From a virus (lineage: Duplodnaviria; Caudoviricetes), in the IMG/VR virus record IMGVR_UViG_3300016654_000300, positions 1-40,095 of that record: a stretch of 40,095 nt of DNA; one strand, written 5' to 3'. Of the stretch, positions 34,648 through 40,095 are shown piece after piece (position 1 is the first letter of the stretch; each line of letters opens with the position of its first letter). A model generated the notes under the pieces. That model worked only from the letters and a program-made list of their open reading frames with translations, did no database searches and was not told where the DNA came from. The translations under genes and the position numbers were made by a program.

Positions 34648-36000
34648 TTGATGTGGGAAAAACTTAAGAGCTTTGAGCCAAAAGACCGCGAAAACTGTCT
34701 CTGCGGTTCGACGGAACGCTATGAGAACTGCTGCAAAAGTGAATGGCCCAAGCATAACTTTATGGAAAAGGACAGGGTTTCCGAGGCTCCTGCCGATGAG
34801 TTGAAATATCTTCGTGCCCGCATAACTTGGTATCGCCTATGTCACACGGCTCATACAGTTCCTTTGATGAGGCTCAAGGATTACGATGGGTGGTTGCTAG
34901 GTGTAGATATAAGGGCAGTGCATGATTTTATTAAAAGTGCACGATTTCTTTATGAGGAACTGGGAATAATTGATTTATACCCTGTCCTGCTTGGTGAGTT
35001 GTCGGGCGCGATTGCTGATGTTAGATGGTCTTGGTGCGTGTCTTGTGAGGAGGCACTTTACCATATGGTGACAAAAAATGATTATGACGCGGCTCGTGCG
35101 GTGCTTGCTAAGTACCAATGGGAGGATATAGCTAGCTCTGAATTGCTCGAAGTTTATCTTGATGCGTATCACGAGAAATTTGGGCATGTCGATGTCGTAA
35201 GCGCAGCTAATAAAATAATCGAGTTAACCGAATCGGAATCCACACGTTTCCATTATCGTTTTCTGGTCGCTGTGCAATATTTCTTATTGAATGAGCCTGA
35301 GCGTGCTGAAAAGCTTGCGCGGGAAGCTATAGTTGAATATGAAGGCCTCCCAAACGAAAAAAGGGATATTCATGGTCGTAGGCTTCTCGGCATGGCAGTA
35401 ATGCAGCTTGGGCAAATACTTAAAGATAAAACGATGCTGAAAAAGGCTATTGAGTTGTTGGTTGCCGAAGTTGATGAGGGAAGATATAAGAGTAATGCAA
35501 TAGCAGAAATTTGGATGCAAGTGGGTGATTGTTATCACATGCTTGGTGAGTTTCACATGGCAGAAAAGCTTTATCATAGATCCCTTACAGTGGAGCCTAC
35601 TGATCTAGCACAAATTTATCTCGCTAGAGTGCAGCTAGCCTTGGGTCGTCATGATCGAGCTAAAGAGATATTGAATGCCCTCGTACCTGCGGCAATGAGC
35701 AAGCATAATCATTTCGACTATGCAATCGTCCGATGTGATGCAGCGCTACTGACTAAAAATACTTCAGATATTCAAGGTGCATTAGAGTTGATCAAAGGGG
35801 TCTCGACTAATGACCCCTATTTCAAGGATTTAATACAAGGTTTGATCGTGGCGTTGTATGAGCTACAGGTTGGTAAAAAGGCGACTAATGCGAATTCTAT
35901 TTTGGCTAGAATCAATAGATATGTGACCCTCAATCCCAATGTGGCGGGGATTGGCGTCAACTTAAATGCGATGATTGAAGACTATCTTGATAAGAAATAA
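34648..36000 (+). CDS. SEC-C-like zinc motif + TPR protein, cargo gene of unknown function
   Basis: CLCGSTERYENCC (SEC-C pattern); TPR-like AEIWMQVGDCYHMLGEFHMAEKLYHRSL; visibly AT-richer than flanks. Start TTG 34648 or ATG 34651. Confidence 0.8.
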   Translation: MMWEKLKSFEPKDRENCLCGSTERYENCCKSEWPKHNFMEKDRVSEAPADELKYLRARITWYRLCHTAHTVPLMRLKDYDGWLLGVDIRAVHDFIKSARFLYEELGIIDLYPVLLGELSGAIADVRWSWCVSCEEALYHMVTKNDYDAARAVLAKYQWEDIASSELLEVYLDAYHEKFGHVDVVSAANKIIELTESESTRFHYRFLVAVQYFLLNEPERAEKLAREAIVEYEGLPNEKRDIHGRRLLGMAVMQLGQILKDKTMLKKAIELLVAEVDEGRYKSNAIAEIWMQVGDCYHMLGEFHMAEKLYHRSLTVEPTDLAQIYLARVQLALGRHDRAKEILNALVPAAMSKHNHFDYAIVRCDAALLTKNTSDIQGALELIKGVSTNDPYFKDLIQGLIVALYELQVGKKATNANSILARINRYVTLNPNVAGIGVNLNAMIEDYLDKK

Positions 36001-36022
36001 GCTTTTCGAGTTCTTTTGAGTC

Positions 36023-36715
36023 CTACTGATCGAACTCAGAAATTGGCTGAATCAGTGCTTGCCCTCGGTTTCGAACGTTACCAATAGCGGGATCTACCTT
36101 ATACCACTCGAACTCTTCGGTAGGCTCACCTTGCATCAGCACCATTTGCTCCGAGCGTTCCTTCGAGGTAGCCGGGTCAAGCCATTCGCGAGCCAGTTCC
36201 GGCGATAGCGTCACCGGGCGCCGGTCGTGGATATCTACCATGCCGCCGGCACTGTCGGCCGTGATGATCACAAAACCGTCGTGCTCACCAGGTAGATGTT
36301 CGGCGGTGGGGTATTGGCCGATAGCGGCGCACAGGATCGGCGCTCGGTCTCGCCGGCGAATGAGGTAAGGCTGCTTCTTGGGGCCGCCTTCATCGACCCA
36401 TTCAAACCAGTTGTTGATCGCGATAATTGCCCGGTGCGGCCAGATCGCGCGAAAGAATGGGCCGTGTGCCACTTTCTCTACCCGGGCGTTGATCGGCGCG
36501 GCGCGGTCCTTTGCCCAGTGTGGACGCCATCCCCAGCGGACCATGTCGGCGTGCAGATACTGACCCTCCTGATGGAAAATCGCCAGCTGTGTGGTGGGAG
36601 CTGCGTTGTAGCGCTCGAAGGGCTGGTCGCCGGTATTATTGACCAAGGTGTTGGGCATGCTCAGCGCCGCTACAAAGTCGTGGATGCCGTCGTACTGGGA
36701 AAGTCGCCCGCACAT
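36023..36715 (-). CDS. SOS response-associated peptidase (SRAP/YedK/HMCES family)
   Basis: MCGR N-terminus, YNAAPT, INARVE, WFEW and IHDRRPV motifs. Confidence 0.95.
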   Translation of the reverse strand: MCGRLSQYDGIHDFVAALSMPNTLVNNTGDQPFERYNAAPTTQLAIFHQEGQYLHADMVRWGWRPHWAKDRAAPINARVEKVAHGPFFRAIWPHRAIIAINNWFEWVDEGGPKKQPYLIRRRDRAPILCAAIGQYPTAEHLPGEHDGFVIITADSAGGMVDIHDRRPVTLSPELAREWLDPATSKERSEQMVLMQGEPTEEFEWYKVDPAIGNVRNRGQALIQPISEFDQ

Positions 36716-36747
36716 ATCGCCCGCCTATCAGATATTTCCTATAGAAA

Positions 36748-36790
36748 TTGACCGCGCCCGCTTCTGAAAGTTAACTGTATGTTCGTACAG
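36748..36790 (+). promoter_or_regulatory. LexA-repressed promoter of rulAB
   Basis: TTGACC (36748-36753), 17 bp, TTAACT, overlapped by CTGTATGTTCGTACAG (36775-36790). Confidence 0.85.
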
Positions 36791-36808
36791 TGTTGGAAGT
36801 CGTGCGTC

Positions 36809-37234
36809 ATGAGCTATTCAATTTTAGGCCCAATTGCCGAGGTCGGCCTGAAGCTGCCTCTTTGTTTGTTCCAGGTACCCGCTGGTTTTCCTTCGCCGGC
36901 TGCTGATCACATTGAGGCACACATCTCCTTAGATGAGGTGCTCAACATCCGTGCCCCGCATGTCTACCTGGTGAAAATCACCGGGGAAAGCATGCAGGGC
37001 GCGGGCATCTTTGACGGAGACCTAGCGGTTGTAGACCGTTCGCTGGAGCCTGCGCATGGCCACATCGTGGTGGCGCTGCTGAACAACGATCCGCTGTGCA
37101 AACGACTGTGCATTCGGGGAAAGGACGTGATCCTTTTGTCTGAGAACCCCAAGTATCCGCCTCGCTATGTGCTGGAAGGTGATGAGCTAGCCATCTGGGG
37201 CGTAATCATCGGCAGTGTACGCAGCCATGTCTAA
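36809..37234 (+). CDS. rulA: DNA polymerase V subunit UmuD/RulA
   Basis: VPAGFPSPA cleavage site, GESM (Ser) and CKRL (Lys). Confidence 0.95.
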   Translation: MSYSILGPIAEVGLKLPLCLFQVPAGFPSPAADHIEAHISLDEVLNIRAPHVYLVKITGESMQGAGIFDGDLAVVDRSLEPAHGHIVVALLNNDPLCKRLCIRGKDVILLSENPKYPPRYVLEGDELAIWGVIIGSVRSHV

Positions 37235-38504
37235 AGTAACGCCGGTATTCGGCCTGATTGATTGCAACAGCTTCTACGCCAGTTGCGAACGGGTATTCCG
37301 CCCTGACCTGGCCAAGGTGCCCATCGTGGTGCTGTCGAACAATGACGGCTGCGTCATCGCGCGGAGCTACGATGCCAAGCCCTACGTGAAAATGGGCGAG
37401 CCGTACTTCCAGATCAAGCACAAGCTCAAGCAGTACGGTATCGTCCCGTTCTCATCAAATTACGCGCTGTACGGCGACATGAGCGAACGCGTCATGACCC
37501 TGATCGAGTCGATGGTGCCGGCCGTTGAGGTGTACAGCATCGACGAGTCTTTTGCCGATCTCACAGGAATTGAAGGTCTGGACTCACTTGGTCGGCAGAT
37601 CCGCAATCAAGTGCTGCGTTGCACCGGCATTCCGGTCGGGGTAGGAATCGCTCACACCAAAACCCTGGCGAAGCTGGCAAATCACACCGCCAAACGGCTG
37701 CAGGTGCAAACCGGCGGCGTGGTCGATATCTGCGATCCTTTCAAGCGCGACTGGGTACTGCGTAACACCGAAGTGTCTGAAGTGTGGGGCGTCGGTCGCA
37801 AGATGACACTTCATCTGGACGCCATGGGTATCAAGACTGCAATGGACTTGGCGAAGGCCGACCCGTGGACGCTACGTAGGAAGTTCAGCGTGGTGATCGA
37901 GAAGACCGCCCGCGAGCTTGGCGGCACGCCGTGCTTGGAGCTGGACGAGCCAGATCCGCCGAAGCAGGAGATCTGCTGTAGCCGGATGTTTGGTAAGCGG
38001 CTCACGGAGCTGGCATCGATCAAGGAGGCGGTGGCCACCTACATGATGCGCGCCTCGGAAAAGCTAAGGGCGCAGAAGTCGCTTTGCAAGAAGATCCGCG
38101 TCAGCATCCGCACCGGTATGTTCAACCCTGAGGAGGCGAAGTACGCCAATGGTGTTCTGATTGACATGCCGTACCCTACCGACGATGTACGGTTATTGAC
38201 CAAGGCCGCGATAGATTCGCTTGACCGGATCTTCCGGCCGGGCTTCAAATACAGCAAGGCCGAGGTACTTTTAATGAATCTCTGTCAGTCAGGGGAATAT
38301 ACCGACGACATGTTTGCCACCTCGCAGCCTGCCGACGCCACAAGGGTGATGGCAGTGCTGGACCAAATCAACGAGCGGTGGGGTAGGGGCACGCTGCGGT
38401 CAGCCAGCGTGCCCGTCAATCCCGACTGGAGTATGCGTCGAGAAATGATGAGCCAGAGCTACACCACCAAGATAGACCAATTGTGGAAAGTATCCTGCGC
38501 CTGA
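37227..38504 (+). CDS. rulB: DNA polymerase V subunit UmuC/RulB (Y family)
   Basis: DCNSFYASCE, VLSNNDGC, YSIDES and SQSYTT motifs. Confidence 0.96.
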   Translation: MSKVTPVFGLIDCNSFYASCERVFRPDLAKVPIVVLSNNDGCVIARSYDAKPYVKMGEPYFQIKHKLKQYGIVPFSSNYALYGDMSERVMTLIESMVPAVEVYSIDESFADLTGIEGLDSLGRQIRNQVLRCTGIPVGVGIAHTKTLAKLANHTAKRLQVQTGGVVDICDPFKRDWVLRNTEVSEVWGVGRKMTLHLDAMGIKTAMDLAKADPWTLRRKFSVVIEKTARELGGTPCLELDEPDPPKQEICCSRMFGKRLTELASIKEAVATYMMRASEKLRAQKSLCKKIRVSIRTGMFNPEEAKYANGVLIDMPYPTDDVRLLTKAAIDSLDRIFRPGFKYSKAEVLLMNLCQSGEYTDDMFATSQPADATRVMAVLDQINERWGRGTLRSASVPVNPDWSMRREMMSQSYTTKIDQLWKVSCA

Positions 38505-38531
38505 TTTGTCGGCTACTCGAACTGGGAACCG

Positions 38532-38565
38532 TTCAGTTGACACTCGCGTCAACTGAAGGCATAAT
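38532..38565 (+). promoter_or_regulatory. Sigma70 promoter of abi gene overlapped by perfect inverted repeat
   Basis: TTGACA (38537-38542), 17 bp, CATAAT (38560-38565); IR TTCAGTTGAC-N6-GTCAACTGAA (38532-38557). Confidence 0.8.
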
Positions 38566-38571
38566 AATCTC

Positions 38572-38632
38572 AATCGCGCCTGAATCCTCTGGTGTTGGCT
38601 TGACCGACATTACGTTCAGGCCTTCTTGTTTC
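38572..38632 (+). ncRNA. Structured leader RNA, candidate antitoxin of AbiF-like protein
   Basis: GCCTGAA/TTCAGGC outer stem and TGGTGTTGG/CCGACATTA inner stem with G-U pairs, then a U-rich tract. Confidence 0.5.
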
Positions 38633-38645
38633 TGGGACATGGAAG

Positions 38646-39629
38646 TTGGCTCTAGCACCCGCGAAGCAGCATATCGATTACTCGGCAATGGTCACGCTTT
38701 TACAGGCGCGCGCAATGCGCATCCTGAACGTGCATGATGCCGAGGCCCAGCTCGCTCAATTTGGATATTATCGCCTTAGCGGTTTCTGGTATCCAGCACG
38801 AACCTTCCTTCGGGATGTTGCAGGCCAGAAGGTCCTTTGCCAATTTTCGGGCAAGCCCAAGCGCCAAGAAACCTTCCAACCAGGTACGACGCTGGACGGA
38901 GCTGTAGCCCTCTATCAGTTCGACAAGCGTCTACGTCTTCTCATGCTCGATGCCATCGAAACTATTGAAGTTCACCTCAAGACCGTTCTAGCCCACGAGC
39001 TGGGAAAGACCGATCCTATGGCTTACACCAAGCCGACTTTTATCGACCCCAAATTTTTGGTTGTCAAGCAAGGCTTTAAAGTTAGTAAATGGGCGGACTG
39101 GCTGTCACGTCAGCAAAGCAAACTCGATAAAAGCAGTGAGGATTGCATAGAATGGCATCGCGTATCTCAGCGTGCGATTCCATATTGGGTTGCGGTAGAG
39201 GCATGGGACTTTGGCACCCTCTCGACGCATTTTCAGATTCTGAAGCGAAAGCCTCAGAGCTGGATCCTGGCACGATTGGGTCTGCCGGATGCAAAAATTT
39301 TGGCGGGGTGGCTACGCGAGATTAACACCTTGCGAAATCGCAGCGCGCACCATACTCGAATCTGGAACCAAAAGTCTGCTAACGCAATAGATTCGTTGAC
39401 TGCTGAGCCGTATTTTCAACGGCTAAACCTTTCTCGATCAGCTCGCGAACGTTTGTACGGGTTGGTTGCGGTACTTTGGTTTCTACTCCTACGGGTGAAC
39501 CCTGCATCTCGTTGGATTAATGAGATTGCAGACTTGGTGGATTCAAAGCCTGCATTACCTGGATGCACTTACGCAGCCATGGGCTTTCCAAATGAGGCAG
39601 GATTCCCTCGGCGAGTATTCGGCATCTAG
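38646..39629 (+). CDS. Abi family (AbiD/AbiF, Abi_2-like) HEPN protein
   Basis: GYYRLSGF, YQFDKRLR, IEVHLK, PYWVAVEAWDFGTLS and HEPN RNRSAHH.RIWN motifs; TTG start. Confidence 0.9.
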   Translation: MALAPAKQHIDYSAMVTLLQARAMRILNVHDAEAQLAQFGYYRLSGFWYPARTFLRDVAGQKVLCQFSGKPKRQETFQPGTTLDGAVALYQFDKRLRLLMLDAIETIEVHLKTVLAHELGKTDPMAYTKPTFIDPKFLVVKQGFKVSKWADWLSRQQSKLDKSSEDCIEWHRVSQRAIPYWVAVEAWDFGTLSTHFQILKRKPQSWILARLGLPDAKILAGWLREINTLRNRSAHHTRIWNQKSANAIDSLTAEPYFQRLNLSRSARERLYGLVAVLWFLLLRVNPASRWINEIADLVDSKPALPGCTYAAMGFPNEAGFPRRVFGI

Positions 39630-39686
39630 CATGAGGCATTCTGCTGTGGCTTTTGCCGAATTACTGCTTCATATGTGCACCCGGAG

Positions 39687-39823
39687 TAGGGCGCGCGTTA
39701 GGGCAAAATTAGGGCACACTTCAGGCCGGTAAAGGCCGCAAGGAGCCGTGGCGAGGTAATAAAATCCCCGTATTTACAGGCCTATAGCGGTCTACACTGT
39801 AGGAGGCAGGGGTTCGAATCCCT
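39687..39823 (+). other. Possible relic attachment site: TAGGGC repeats plus tRNA T-arm fragment
   Basis: TAGGGC at 39687, 39699 and 39710; AGGGGTTCGAATCCCT at 39808-39823 without the rest of a tRNA. Confidence 0.45.
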
Positions 39824-39843
39824 ATCCCGGCAGTCTATGCCGA

Positions 39844-40095
39844 TTATGAATGCAACGCCTCGCGCTGGGCCTGGACGGCGTTTTCGAGCAGATGGTGCAA
39901 ACCTTCGATGGCGCTAAAGTTCAGGGCACGCACGGTTTCAATGCCGAAGACGAATCCCTCGGCGCGATCCGCCACGCGTTGCAGTTCCTCAAGGCTGAGG
40001 CAGGTCTCGATGCAGGCCAGAAAATTGCCGGTCTGCATGTAGATGGACGCAGGCAGGTTCAGCGCGTCCAGCGCCTCGACCTGGCTCATTGCCAT
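39844..40095 (-). CDS. Hypothetical protein
   Basis: 83 aa ORF with RAEGFVFGIET motif at the window edge. Confidence 0.7.
   Translation of the reverse strand: MAMSQVEALDALNLPASIYMQTGNFLACIETCLSLEELQRVADRAEGFVFGIETVRALNFSAIEGLHHLLENAVQAQREALHS

Larger units (their letters stand above)
1..40095. mobile_element. Temperate prophage (lambda-type head, P2-type contractile tail); att ends not resolved in window
   Basis: Ordered integrase, immunity, replication, packaging, head, tail, lysis and cargo modules span the window, with no obvious frameshift in structural genes. Confidence 0.95.

Noticed and set aside
33739-36000. Type II restriction-modification pair (MTase + downstream gene)
   Set aside because: The 450-aa protein shows SEC-C/TPR features and no PD-(D/E)xK or HNH motif; its base composition differs and it appears to have its own promoter.
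39800-39830. tRNA gene
   Set aside because: Only a T-arm-like GGTTCGAATCC is present; no acceptor stem, D-arm, anticodon arm or CCA.

Overview
The window is an essentially complete temperate prophage of Pseudomonas type; the host assignment is inferred from gene families and codon style, not from a search. Left to right it contains: a tyrosine integrase; a leftward early operon (two PrtN-family genes, DUF2303, a KilA-C antirepressor-like gene); a cI/cro/cII switch with visible promoters and operators; a primase-helicase followed by an iteron-like region; a Q-like late regulator, terminator and holin; a lambda-type head module joined to a P2-type contractile tail module; a GH19 endolysin with Rz/Rz1 spanins; and a right-end cargo block (adenine methyltransferase, SEC-C/TPR protein, SRAP, rulAB/umuDC, and an AbiD/AbiF-family HEPN protein). 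The most interesting signals are non-coding. (1) A candidate ~75-nt two-hairpin small RNA on the minus strand between cro and cII has loop regions exactly complementary to sites at or near the translation starts of four early genes, suggesting a multi-target antisense switch. (2) A structured leader RNA with its own promoter precedes the AbiF-like toxin and is a candidate RNA antitoxin. (3) A LexA-box-overlapped antisense RNA candidate lies upstream of the methyltransferase. (4) A prfB-like CTT-TAA-C +1 frameshift candidate ends the tail chaperone gene. All calls come from reading the sequence and recalling family motifs; no database search or folding program was run.
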